From positions 1 to 34,894 of the forward strand of contig CAIRDJ010000059.1 in the NCBI GenBank assembly GCA_903877335.1: a stretch of DNA of 34,894 nucleotides, given 5' to 3'. The notes under the pieces were generated by a model. It searched no databases. It was not told the DNA's origin and saw nothing but the letters and a program-made list of their open reading frames with translations. The position numbers were made by a program, and so were the translations under genes. Positions 24,913 to 34,055 of the stretch are shown piece after piece; position 1 is the stretch's first letter, and every line of letters starts with the position of its first letter. Source of the stretch: an uncultured Chloroflexota bacterium. Its GTDB lineage: Bacteria; Chloroflexota; Anaerolineae; Aggregatilineales; Phototrophicaceae.

Positions 24913-26966
24913 CACCGACAACATCAAGTACCACCATTCCTGTTTTAGAGCTGGAAGATGTGCACATTGCCTATCAATCTGTGGGGAAATGGCATGACGT
25001 TGTTCACGGGGTATCGTTTGCCATACAACGTGGGCAAACGGTTGGGTTAGTGGGAGAATCCGGTTGTGGTAAAACTTCAACTGCCTATGCGGTGATGAAT
25101 TATCTCGGCAAGAACGGAAAGCAAAGCGGAGGGTCTATCCGTTTTAATGGGCGTGACATGCAGTCTTTTTCTCGCCAAGAGATACGCGATATTCGCGGCA
25201 AAAAGATGAGCATGGTCTATCAAAACCCTGCTTCGTCCCTCAATCCTGCCCTGCGAATTGGGCAACAAATGATCGAGGTTCTAGCTCGCCATGAGCATCT
25301 GTCTTCGCTGCAAGCCACCGAACGCGCCCTAGAGATGTTTCGTAAGGTGCGTTTACGTGACCCAAAAGCAATCATGCAACGCTATCCCTATCAGTTAAGT
25401 GGGGGGCAACAACAGCGTGTGGTGATCTCGATGGCGTTGGTAACAAACCCTGATCTGTTGATTATGGATGAGCCAACAACGGGTTTGGATGTCACCACAG
25501 AATCTGCCGTGTTGCGCTTGATAGCGGAACTCAAGCAAGAGTTTGATACCGCCATACTTTACATCAGTCATGATTTGCGTGTGGTGGCAAAAGTGTGTGA
25601 TTGGGTGGGAGTGATGTATGCTGGGCAGTTGGTTGAATGGGGGACAGCAGAGGCTGTTTTCAATCGCCCTCAAAATCCGTATACCGCCGACTTACTGGCT
25701 TGCACTCCTAGCTTGACGCAACATTATCAATCTAGCCGCTTGCGTACCATAGAAGGACGTGTCCCTGCACCCCATGCCCGTCAAGTGGGTTGTATCTATG
25801 CTTCGCGTTGCCGTTTCGCCCAGGCGGATTGTACCGAGACAACACCAATGATCCGCGAGTTATCATCTATGCCTTCTCATCAAGTGCGCTGTTGGCATTC
25901 CGAATCCATCCGAGAGCAACTTTCCCCAACTTTCCCCATCCAAGCCCCCCGCCCATCCGATAAAGCACTTTCTGCCGCGCCATCCAACGCAACTTTCTTA
26001 GAGGTTAAGGGGTTGAAGCAATACTATCGTGCCTCCTCCTCTATCGTGGATCGCGTGTTAGGTGGTGAGGCTCATTCGTTTAGGGCGGTGGATGATCTTT
26101 CGCTGGTTATTCAACAGGGGGAAGTGTTTGCAGTCGTCGGGGAAAGTGGGTCCGGAAAAACCACAACAGGGCGTGCAATCGTAGGCTTATTGAAACCAAC
26201 AGATGGCACCATCACTCTTCATGAAAAGTCGTTGTCCCCTCTTGTACAACACCGTTCTGCCAGGGAACGCCAAGCGATTCAAATGGTGTTCCAAAATCCT
26301 GAGTCCACCCTAAACCCTAACCACACCATCGGGCACATCTTGCATAGAACCTTGCTTCGTTTTGGTATCACTGGTCGGGGCGAGCGTCAGGAGAAAGTTG
26401 AACGCTTGTTGGAGTCTGTGCGGTTAGACCCAAGTTACGCTTATCGTTATCCAGGCCAGTTGAGCGGAGGCGAAAAACAGCGGGTGGCGATCGCACGTGC
26501 TTTCGCGGGTGATCCTCAGTTGGTTGTTTGTGATGAGGCGGTTTCGGCGTTGGATGTGTCAGTTCAAGCCACCATCTTGAATCTATTGATTGACTTAAAA
26601 GAGCAAACCCAGTGCTCTTACTTGTTCATCTCCCATGATCTCAGCGTTGTCCATTACATCTCTGACCACATTGCGGTGATGTATCACGGGCAAGTAATGG
26701 AAAGTGGCACAGTCGATCAAGTATTTGAAGCACCCCATCACCCGTATACCGCTATGCTGTTGAGTGCGATTGATTCTACCTATCATGCAGGTTCTTCCAC
26801 TGCGGATGCTTCACAAATGGAATCACAAGCCGACCAAGAGGGGTGTCCATTTCATGCTCGCTGCCCGCGCAAAATTAAAGACCTGTGTGAGCAAGTCGCT
26901 CCGCCCATTCAGTCCCCCACAGAGGGGCACCTCATCCGTTGCCATATCCCACTAAACGAACTGTAA
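24909..26966 (+). CDS. Fused tandem ATP-binding protein (DppD-DppF type) of the peptide/nickel ABC importer
   Basis: Two complete NBDs. The first has 'GESGCGKTS' / 'LSGGQQQRV' / 'LIMDEPTTGLD'; the second has 'GESGSGKTT' / 'LSGGEKQRV' / 'VVCDEAVSALD'. Each is followed by a Cys-containing oligopeptide-transporter C-terminal segment. The ATG overlaps the DppC stop (ATGA). Confidence 0.85.
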   Translation: MTPTTSSTTIPVLELEDVHIAYQSVGKWHDVVHGVSFAIQRGQTVGLVGESGCGKTSTAYAVMNYLGKNGKQSGGSIRFNGRDMQSFSRQEIRDIRGKKMSMVYQNPASSLNPALRIGQQMIEVLARHEHLSSLQATERALEMFRKVRLRDPKAIMQRYPYQLSGGQQQRVVISMALVTNPDLLIMDEPTTGLDVTTESAVLRLIAELKQEFDTAILYISHDLRVVAKVCDWVGVMYAGQLVEWGTAEAVFNRPQNPYTADLLACTPSLTQHYQSSRLRTIEGRVPAPHARQVGCIYASRCRFAQADCTETTPMIRELSSMPSHQVRCWHSESIREQLSPTFPIQAPRPSDKALSAAPSNATFLEVKGLKQYYRASSSIVDRVLGGEAHSFRAVDDLSLVIQQGEVFAVVGESGSGKTTTGRAIVGLLKPTDGTITLHEKSLSPLVQHRSARERQAIQMVFQNPESTLNPNHTIGHILHRTLLRFGITGRGERQEKVERLLESVRLDPSYAYRYPGQLSGGEKQRVAIARAFAGDPQLVVCDEAVSALDVSVQATILNLLIDLKEQTQCSYLFISHDLSVVHYISDHIAVMYHGQVMESGTVDQVFEAPHHPYTAMLLSAIDSTYHAGSSTADASQMESQADQEGCPFHARCPRKIKDLCEQVAPPIQSPTEGHLIRCHIPLNEL

Positions 26967-27031
26967 GACACTTTTGGGGAGCGCATAACGTGAGACATTC
27001 GCTCTCTTTGTATCACAATCATAGTAACTTA

Positions 27032-28201
27032 ATGAGTGGATTCGTAATCTTTAATATGAAGAGTATCTTGTATCAAATTCAACGTCGGACTGCCTTTGAT
27101 GAAGGGCATACCTTGTTCATGCGCGCTGAAGCAAGTATGAGTAATTTTGAACTGGATAGTGGGCAGATCGTAGAACCTGATATATTCTTGAAGGAGGGGG
27201 GATGGAGTTTATATGGGGCGCAAGATGGTCGCTTCATGTTGGTACAGTTGCCTCTGTCAGAGGATATCACACAAGTTCCTTTCATGACCCCTCACCAAAA
27301 CCAGCATGCCCAGCAATTATTAACTATTCCTTTTGAGGTTGCGCATACCCTCGTAGAGAACATTCCCGCACCTCAAAAGATCATCTTCATTCACATGATG
27401 GGGCGGACTGGCTCTACGCTGTTGAATAAGATTTTGAGCAATGTGGATGGGGTATGTAGTTTTTCTGAACCGGCTACCTTCCGCTTGGTGAGCAAATTGT
27501 GTGGGGGAGGGGTTGTTGACTCGGTGGGATGTCTCAACATTTTACGAACAGCGTTGCGGTTGCAATTCGGCGCACAGAATTATCAAGGCGACTTTCACAC
27601 GCTGGGGATTAAGTTGCGACATCGTGCAATGGATGATCTATCAATTTACCATTCGGCTTTTCCCACTGCTAAATACATTTTCATGTATCGTGAAGCGGTT
27701 GGTTGGATGCGCTCCTTTTATCGGTTGCTGATGGCATTTGGTGTGGGTAGGGACTTGGAGATAGCTGATGGTGCGCTTCCAGCAGATGCACGCCCCACAC
27801 AACAACTCCAAATCATCTGGAAACAAATCAGTGATAAACCGACCGATTACTTCAGTACGCATCCCGATTACGGCTATCTCGAGGAACTCTTGGCGGTGGT
27901 GTGGTCAAACTTGATGAACCAATACCTGCGGGGTGTGGAGCAGGGAATCCCATTATTAGCTGTGAATTTCAAAGATTTTACGCAAGATCGGCACGCAACC
28001 TTACAAGAGATTTTTTCGTTCGTCGGGCTAGACGCACAGCAAATTGACAGAGTGATGCAAGTCTATGAGGCAGACTCACAAGCTGGCACGGAAGTGGGAA
28101 GAGAGGGCTACAAGCACCCTATAACTGATGCCCAAGTCAAAAGATTCCTTGCTTACTTGAGCCTTCAACAGGGTTGCAATATGCCGGACTACACCTTATA
28201 G
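27032..28201 (+). CDS. Sulfotransferase-family-like protein, paralog A (tentative)
   Basis: P-loop-like 5'-PSB-type motif 'MMGRTGSTLLNKIL' (compare sulfotransferase 'RSGSTLL') and a downstream 'MYREAVGWMRSF' segment resembling the 3'-PB region. Start chosen at 27032 ('MSGFVIFNMKSILYQIQRR') by parallel with paralog B ('MNGFGFPNMMSILYQIQRR'); the upstream extension overlapping the ABC ATPase gene is rejected. Confidence 0.45.
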   Translation: MSGFVIFNMKSILYQIQRRTAFDEGHTLFMRAEASMSNFELDSGQIVEPDIFLKEGGWSLYGAQDGRFMLVQLPLSEDITQVPFMTPHQNQHAQQLLTIPFEVAHTLVENIPAPQKIIFIHMMGRTGSTLLNKILSNVDGVCSFSEPATFRLVSKLCGGGVVDSVGCLNILRTALRLQFGAQNYQGDFHTLGIKLRHRAMDDLSIYHSAFPTAKYIFMYREAVGWMRSFYRLLMAFGVGRDLEIADGALPADARPTQQLQIIWKQISDKPTDYFSTHPDYGYLEELLAVVWSNLMNQYLRGVEQGIPLLAVNFKDFTQDRHATLQEIFSFVGLDAQQIDRVMQVYEADSQAGTEVGREGYKHPITDAQVKRFLAYLSLQQGCNMPDYTL

Positions 28202-28401
28202 CATTTGGGTATCATAAGGGATGGCTACTGTTGCTGGATGAGAGGCTACGATTTTTGAGATATAGGGCACGGAGTGGAGATCGTGGTTGGTAATGTGTCT
28301 GCACGCGCCGTCGAAGTGTCAGAAACCTTAGGGAAGCGGTTAACTCTAGCGAATAGGACTTGTTTTATTACAATCACATTTATGACAGGATAAGTAATTA
28401 G

Positions 28402-29604
28402 ATGAATGGATTCGGATTTCCTAACATGATGAGCATCTTGTATCAAATTCAACGTCGGATTGCGTTCGATGAAGGGCAACCCCAGTTTATGCGCTCTGAT
28501 GCGAGTTTAGATAAGTTTGAACTGGATGGCGGACAGATAGTAGAACCTGACATTTTCCTGAAGCAGGGTGGATGGAGTCTGTATGGAGTACAAGATGGTT
28601 GCTTCATGTTTGTTCAGTTGCCCCTGTCGGAGGATATCACGCAAGTTCCCTTCATCACGCTTCATCAAAACCAGCATGCCCAGCAATTATTAACTATTCC
28701 TTTTGAAGTTGCACAACACTTGGCAGAGAACATTCCCGCGCCTGAAAAGATCATCTTGATTTATATGATGGGGCGGACGGGTTCCACGCTGTTGAATAAG
28801 ATTTTGAGCAATGTGGATGGGGTGTGCAGTTTTTCTGAACCGGCTACCTTCCGCTTTGTGAGTAAATTATGTGGAAGGTTGTCTGTTGACTCGCACGAGT
28901 GTATCCATCTTCTACAGACGGCGTTGCGGTTGCAATTCGGCGCACAGAATTATCGTGGCAACTTTCACACGCTAGGGATTAAGTTGCGACCTCGTGCAAT
29001 GGATGATCTTTCGGTTTACCATTTAGCATTTCCATCCGCTAAGTACCTTTTCATGTATCGTGAGGCGGTTGGTTGGATGCGCTCCTTCTATCGGTTGCTG
29101 ATTGCAAACGGTGTGGGCAAGGACTTGGAGATGACTGATACGGTGCTGCCAGCGGATGCGCACCCCACGCAACGTCTTCAATTTATCTGGAGACGCATAG
29201 GGGATAAGCCAACCGATTACTTCAGCACGCATCCCGATTTCGGCTATCTTGAGGAACTCTTGGCGGTGGTGTGGTCAAACTTGATGAACCAATACCTGCG
29301 GGGTGTGGAGCAAGGAATCCCATTTTTAGCTGTGAATTTCAAAGATATTACACAAAATCGGTACGCGACCTTACAAGAGATTTTCTCGTTCGTCGGGTTA
29401 GACATAGAGCAAATTGACAGAGTGATGCAAGTTTATGAAGCAGACTCACAGTCTGGCACGGATGTAGGCAGAGAGGGCTACAAGCACCCTATCACTGATG
29501 CCCAAGTCGAAAGATTCCTTGCTTACTTGAGCCTTCAAAAGGGTTGCAATATTCCCGACTACAATTTGTCCCATATCGGTGAAAGAGGGGATGACCCATC
29601 ATGA
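28402..29604 (+). CDS. Sulfotransferase-family-like protein, paralog B (tentative)
   Basis: About 80% identical to paralog A along its length, including 'MMGRTGSTLLNKIL'. 'AGGA' SD upstream of the ATG at 28402. The upstream flank ('ACAATCA...') is also duplicated. Confidence 0.45.
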   Translation: MNGFGFPNMMSILYQIQRRIAFDEGQPQFMRSDASLDKFELDGGQIVEPDIFLKQGGWSLYGVQDGCFMFVQLPLSEDITQVPFITLHQNQHAQQLLTIPFEVAQHLAENIPAPEKIILIYMMGRTGSTLLNKILSNVDGVCSFSEPATFRFVSKLCGRLSVDSHECIHLLQTALRLQFGAQNYRGNFHTLGIKLRPRAMDDLSVYHLAFPSAKYLFMYREAVGWMRSFYRLLIANGVGKDLEMTDTVLPADAHPTQRLQFIWRRIGDKPTDYFSTHPDFGYLEELLAVVWSNLMNQYLRGVEQGIPFLAVNFKDITQNRYATLQEIFSFVGLDIEQIDRVMQVYEADSQSGTDVGREGYKHPITDAQVERFLAYLSLQKGCNIPDYNLSHIGERGDDPS

Positions 29605-30911
29605 TGAACGATTTTGACCAAAGCATTGGACGTAATATCATCCTTGGATTGATTGCTTCGGTGGTAGCACTGGGACTGATAGGATTGCTGATTTGGGTTG
29701 TAAATCCTTTTCCTAGCCGTGACATTAAAATCTCCACTGGACCAGAGGCAACCCTATATTATCAATATGCCCAAAAGTATGCTGAAGCATTTGCAAAACA
29801 AGAAATAAACTTAGAGATCGTGGTCGGTAATGGGTCTACACAAACCATCGAACGTTTGTTAAACGATGAAGTTGACTTTGGATTTGTTCAAGGTGGAACA
29901 TTAAAGGACGTCGACCTATCTAAACTGGTCAGCATCGGGAGCTTGTACTATGAACCCATTTGGCTTTTTTATCGGGATGGCGTGGAAATCCAACAGTTGA
30001 ATGACCTAAAAGGTAAGCGGGTTGCCGCTGGTATAGAGGGAACTGGGATTCGCCTGATCGCCGAGCAGGTGTTGGGTCTCAACAATGTCACCCCCGATAC
30101 CGCTACCTTTGTAGACTCAAGTGTACCTGATGCGGCAGAGGCATTGAAGCATGGGGAGGTTGATGCTGCGTTTTTCGTGATGTCCCCTACCTCATCGGTA
30201 GCGTATGATCTACTCACTGCAGACGGGATTCAATTATTGAATATTGACCGTGCAGAAGCATACTCACGTAAATTGAATTTCCTCAACAAGGTCGTTTTAT
30301 CAGAAGGTATTCTCAATTTTGAAACCAACGTCCCTGACCGTGATTACGAATTGATTGCCACCACAACAGTTTTGATGGCGCATCAAAACACGCTTGAGGA
30401 ACACATATTTTTAGTTTTGCCACACCTGATTGCGTTTCATAATATGCGTGGAGTTTTTGAAGCAGATGGGGAATTTCCATCAGGCTTGTATGTGGAAGCA
30501 AAGCTACATCCCACCGCTGAACGATATTATGCAAACGGTGCTACGTTTGTAACACGCTTTTTGCCACCTGTTTGGGCTGCCATCGCTGACCGACTTATTA
30601 TCTTGCTTATACCGATTATTACCCTTATGGTACCCATTGTTCAAACTTTGCCATCTATTTACTATCGGTTTGGAATCCGCTATAAAATTGTTAATTGGTA
30701 TAGCCAACTACACCAATTAGACACCGATACATCTTTGCTGTCTGATGAAGAACTGAAGCAACGCATCGAACAAATCGCACAATTGGAATATCAAGCACGC
30801 TTCACTCGCTCTGTTCCAAAAGACTATTTGGATGAGCTATACGACACCATCGGCGATATTGTAGCTACTAGAGAATATTTAGAGCAAAAATATGCTGAGC
30901 GCAACAACTAG
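29601..30911 (+). CDS. Membrane-anchored TAXI/PhnD-like periplasmic solute-binding-domain protein (tentative)
   Basis: ATGATG start overlaps the stop of paralog B. N-terminal TM anchor. 'ISTGPEATLYYQYAQKYAE...VVGNGSTQTIERLLNDEVDFGFVQGG' follows the TAXI-family pattern (TGG-x-GG-YY ... GGS-x-N ... E-x-D-x-x-x-VQ). A second hydrophobic segment 'RLIILLIPIITLMVPIV' is followed by a C-terminal tail of about 90 aa. Confidence 0.45.
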   Translation: MMNDFDQSIGRNIILGLIASVVALGLIGLLIWVVNPFPSRDIKISTGPEATLYYQYAQKYAEAFAKQEINLEIVVGNGSTQTIERLLNDEVDFGFVQGGTLKDVDLSKLVSIGSLYYEPIWLFYRDGVEIQQLNDLKGKRVAAGIEGTGIRLIAEQVLGLNNVTPDTATFVDSSVPDAAEALKHGEVDAAFFVMSPTSSVAYDLLTADGIQLLNIDRAEAYSRKLNFLNKVVLSEGILNFETNVPDRDYELIATTTVLMAHQNTLEEHIFLVLPHLIAFHNMRGVFEADGEFPSGLYVEAKLHPTAERYYANGATFVTRFLPPVWAAIADRLIILLIPIITLMVPIVQTLPSIYYRFGIRYKIVNWYSQLHQLDTDTSLLSDEELKQRIEQIAQLEYQARFTRSVPKDYLDELYDTIGDIVATREYLEQKYAERNN

Positions 30912-30961
30912 GTTGTTGGTTGCCTCCTTTAGGGTTCTGAAAAGACGGAGTGGATGATGGG

Positions 30962-31657
30962 TTATGTGTTGATTACATCCTCAAGCACCTGGTCGAACGC
31001 TTTGCGATCGGTTCTAGCTGCCTTGCGAATAGAAGCGTCAATGTATTCACGGCGCTCCTTTTCAGTGCCGAGCAGGATTTCAGGGGTGGGAGGCTCGATT
31101 AGTTTGAGGTCAGCTAGCTTATTAAGCAGTTGCATCCCAACTTGGTCGTTTTCCTTGCGAGCGAGGCTGTTCAACGTATCCATGTAGGTTCGGAACTGGT
31201 TGAGTTCCGGTTGAACCTGTGTCGCCTTCCAGCAGGCTTTACAGTACATCACCACAACAGCTTTCACGGGCGATTCCAACTCCGGATTCTGGGATAAGTC
31301 ATGGTCGTTCAACCAGCGCAACTCAATATTGAGGTCATTACAGAAGAGTGCCAGTTGATAGGCTAGGGCGCGGCTTCCTTCGGGCGACAAAGATAGTAAC
31401 CATAATTGTAACTCTGGCTCATCATTTAGCCCCACTTTTACCCACTCTACAAAATCTTGTCCTAGCATTTCTGTCGTTTTGGAGTTTAAACCCGACTCTG
31501 TAATGGAACGCACATTATCAAGCACCTGGTCTGTCACGGTGCTAATTTGATCTCGAACAGCGTTAAGGCGCGGGGCCACTCGTTCGCTTAACTGAATCTG
31601 TCTTTCTGCGTAAACAGCTGCGACGATCATCAGAATCAAGATAATTAAAAATGGCAT
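30962..31657 (-). CDS. Hypothetical membrane-anchored protein
   Basis: 231-aa ORF with N-terminal TM helix 'MPFLIILILMIVAAVYA'. Rest is predicted soluble and helical. No motif recognised. Confidence 0.4.
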   Translation of the reverse strand: MPFLIILILMIVAAVYAERQIQLSERVAPRLNAVRDQISTVTDQVLDNVRSITESGLNSKTTEMLGQDFVEWVKVGLNDEPELQLWLLSLSPEGSRALAYQLALFCNDLNIELRWLNDHDLSQNPELESPVKAVVVMYCKACWKATQVQPELNQFRTYMDTLNSLARKENDQVGMQLLNKLADLKLIEPPTPEILLGTEKERREYIDASIRKAARTDRKAFDQVLEDVINT

Positions 31658-31764
31658 ACAGAAACCTCATTTCCCCAATGGTTTAGACAAAAGTTCGTCC
31701 GGTAGGTCAACATACATCACAGGCGGCACGCAAGCATGATAGCATAATTTTGTGCCTGGTGGCT

Positions 31765-32001
31765 ATGTCGAAAAAAACTAAAAATACTGCTGATGAACGT
31801 CATGTAGACCTGTACGACTTTGATGACCCTATGTTGCGTTCGTGTCCCTTCGTGGGGGTTTCAACAGGACGCTGCTGGTCATGTCCTACGTTAATCGAAA
31901 GAGGCACAGTTTACCTTGACCACAGCAACACACCCGTCAATCAATTTCTATCATCGGAATTGTATTCGACTACGACAATGCTAGTCATATCAAGAATTTA
32001 A
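31765..32001 (+). CDS. Small Cys-containing hypothetical protein (78 aa), doubtful
   Basis: Only ORF in an otherwise empty 360-bp gap. 'MSKKTKNTADERHVDLYDFDDPMLRSCPFVGVSTGRCWSCPTLIERG...'. Weak RBS. Confidence 0.2.
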   Translation: MSKKTKNTADERHVDLYDFDDPMLRSCPFVGVSTGRCWSCPTLIERGTVYLDHSNTPVNQFLSSELYSTTTMLVISRI

Positions 32002-32018
32002 CCTGTAAATTCTGACGA

Positions 32019-32591
32019 TTAGCCTTGTGGGAAATGGATTTTGGTGACAAGCCCGATTTGCGCGGGGGGCCAATAGCGGAAAACAGCCTCGCCTACAATG
32101 TATTCGCGCGTGATGGGACCGAACGCACGAGAGTCGCTACTGTGATTGCGGTTATCTCCCATGACGAAGAACTCGTCTTCTCCTAGAACCCACTCATTGT
32201 CTCGACAGCGCGAGTCACTGCAAGGCTCATTGATATAGGGTTCTTGAATGAGGTTGCCGTTAACATAAACCGCAAGGTTTTGCATCTTCACTGTGTCACC
32301 AGGTAAACCGATAACTCGTTTGATGTAATCATCTTCAGGGTTGTTGAAGTAGTGAAAAACAATGATGTCCCCATAATCAGGTTCACCGAGCAAGTAGCTT
32401 AGACGACTGACGATCAAAAATTGACCCGTATCAAAGTTGGGTTGCATACTTGGACCTTCAACGATAAACCGTGCAGTTGCCATGTTGACGAGGGCGTATA
32501 TGGCCACGATGAGTAGCACGGTTTCTGCAAATTCACGTATAAAGCCACGTCGTTGTAGTCTTGGACGTTCAAGGGTTGCGTTGGAAAGCAT
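32019..32591 (-). CDS. lepB: Signal peptidase I (S26 family)
   Basis: N-terminal TM anchor. Catalytic-Ser box 'GPSMQPNF'. Conserved 'GDNRNHSSDSR' box E. Confidence 0.85.
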   Translation of the reverse strand: MLSNATLERPRLQRRGFIREFAETVLLIVAIYALVNMATARFIVEGPSMQPNFDTGQFLIVSRLSYLLGEPDYGDIIVFHYFNNPEDDYIKRVIGLPGDTVKMQNLAVYVNGNLIQEPYINEPCSDSRCRDNEWVLGEDEFFVMGDNRNHSSDSRAFGPITREYIVGEAVFRYWPPAQIGLVTKIHFPQG

Positions 32592-32862
32592 GGGATTTGT
32601 TCACTCAATCAATGAGGTTGGCGGTTATATTGACCAGTAGCTGACATAGATCCAGTCTATGAGCCAAGCACATGTTTTTAACATAGGGTCACTCCTGAAA
32701 AATGATCTAATAAAACTGACACAATAGCAATGATGATCTGGCGTTTTTTTAGGCTCACTCTAAATCATGCCGTCCTACAAGCACTGCAACAAATACTGTT
32801 ACAAATCAGCTGGATGGGTTACACTCGCCTTGAGGTTGTTTTTGTCGGGGAATTTTCGCAAG

Positions 32863-33243
32863 ATGAAACAGGCTATGCTTTCGGCTTGGTATGTAGGGAG
32901 TGGGGGCTTTTTAGGTGCCATTTCTCGTTATGCTGTTACGATGCTTTTTACACCGCTCGGCAACAAGGAGCTTGCGACTTTGTTGGTAAACATCGTGGGG
33001 GCGGTTCTTCTGGGCGGGATAATGGGAATGGCGCAAACCAAGGCAGTTTCTCCAAGGATCGTTTTATTCTTTGCAACAGGCTATTTAGGAGCATTGACCA
33101 CTTTTTCTACGTTCGTGCTGGAAGTGATGATGCTTTGGAATGCACGACAGTTTTGGAAGTTGGCGTGGTACGGTGTGGGAACGTTAGTCTTGGGGTTGCT
33201 GGGTGTCATGTTGGGCAAGCGATTAGGGGACATGTTGGGGTAA
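32863..33243 (+). CDS. crcB: Fluoride ion channel CrcB/Fluc
   Basis: 126 aa, 4 TM. Signature 'GGFLGAISRY' (GG-x-x-GA-x-x-RY). ATG at 32863; the ORF track's longer N-terminal extension is not supported. Confidence 0.8.
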   Translation: MKQAMLSAWYVGSGGFLGAISRYAVTMLFTPLGNKELATLLVNIVGAVLLGGIMGMAQTKAVSPRIVLFFATGYLGALTTFSTFVLEVMMLWNARQFWKLAWYGVGTLVLGLLGVMLGKRLGDMLG

Positions 33244-33254
33244 AAGAGGACACT

Positions 33255-34055
33255 ATGCCAGATTGGATAACGGTCATCCTACTTGGATTTGTGGAAGGTA
33301 TCACGGAATTCTTGCCCGTGTCGTCAACGGGGCACTTGATCGTTGTGTCAGATTGGCTTGGCTTGAATCCAGCTTTACAGGGAACATTTGAGATTGTCAT
33401 TCAGTTTGGTGCAGTTCTTGCGGTGATAGCTTACTTTTGGCGAGATTTATATCAACAGATACGCATAACACCCACTGATGCACGGGCGCAACGTTTCTGG
33501 TTGGCGGTCATGGTAGCGTTCATTCCGGCAGCGGTGATCGGTTTGCTGTTCGAGGATACCATTGATCGCCTGTTGCAATCCAATCAAGTGGTTGCCACCG
33601 CTTTGATTTTGGGAGGCTTCTTGTTTTTGATAATTGAGTGGGCGGGTTTTAGCTCTCGTGCAAATTTAGACGATGAATTACTAGACATCAACTTGTTACA
33701 GGCGTTCGCTATAGGGTTGATACAATCCCTCGCCTTAATCCCAGGCACCTCTCGCTCAGGTATGTCAATCATTGGTGGGTTAGTCGTTGGGCTAAACCGT
33801 CGTGTTGCCACACAGTTCTCATTTTACCTCTCTATTCCCACATTGGGGGTTGCCACGCTTTACAAGGGGGTCACTGATTTCTCAAGCCTACCATTAGACA
33901 ATATTTTACTGGTTGTTTTAGGTACGGTTATCTCTGCAGTGGTTGCCTGGTGGTCAATTGGGTGGCTCTTAAAATTTGTCTCCACCAATACTTTCACTCC
34001 ATTTGGTTACTATCGTATTGTGGTGGGGATTCTGATCTTGTTTGTGGTGGCTTAA
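33255..34055 (+). CDS. uppP: Undecaprenyl-diphosphatase (BacA/UppP)
   Basis: Starts 'MPDWITVILLGFVEGITEFLPVSSTGHL', the hallmark UppP N-terminal motif. Also carries the 'PGTSRSG' motif. SD 'AAGAGGA' sits 5 nt upstream of the ATG at 33255. The 441-aa ORF-track entry is this gene plus a spurious upstream extension. Confidence 0.85.
   Translation: MPDWITVILLGFVEGITEFLPVSSTGHLIVVSDWLGLNPALQGTFEIVIQFGAVLAVIAYFWRDLYQQIRITPTDARAQRFWLAVMVAFIPAAVIGLLFEDTIDRLLQSNQVVATALILGGFLFLIIEWAGFSSRANLDDELLDINLLQAFAIGLIQSLALIPGTSRSGMSIIGGLVVGLNRRVATQFSFYLSIPTLGVATLYKGVTDFSSLPLDNILLVVLGTVISAVVAWWSIGWLLKFVSTNTFTPFGYYRIVVGILILFVVA

Noticed and set aside
26939-27031. Upstream 31 codons of the 420-aa ORF (start at 26939)
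   Set aside because: It overlaps the 3' end of the ABC ATPase gene. Paralog B begins at the homologous 'M-x-GF...MSILYQIQRR' position, so 27032 is the consistent start.
32640-32862. Searched upstream of crcB for a fluoride riboswitch (crcB motif)
   Set aside because: I could not find the conserved elements (GGCGAUGG...AAACNGCC...CUGAUGAUNCCUAC) in order. There is a T7 run at 32743-32749 but no convincing preceding stem. An Rfam RF01734 scan would be decisive.
32730-33254. Long N-terminal extension of the uppP reading frame (441-aa ORF), and the 32767-32862 extension of crcB
   Set aside because: The recognisable UppP N-terminus ('MPDWITVILLGFVEGITEFLPVSSTGHL') begins at the ATG at 33255 with a good SD. 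The extension overlaps crcB in another frame and has no protein-like features. The CrcB fold begins at 'MKQAML...GGFLGAISRY'.
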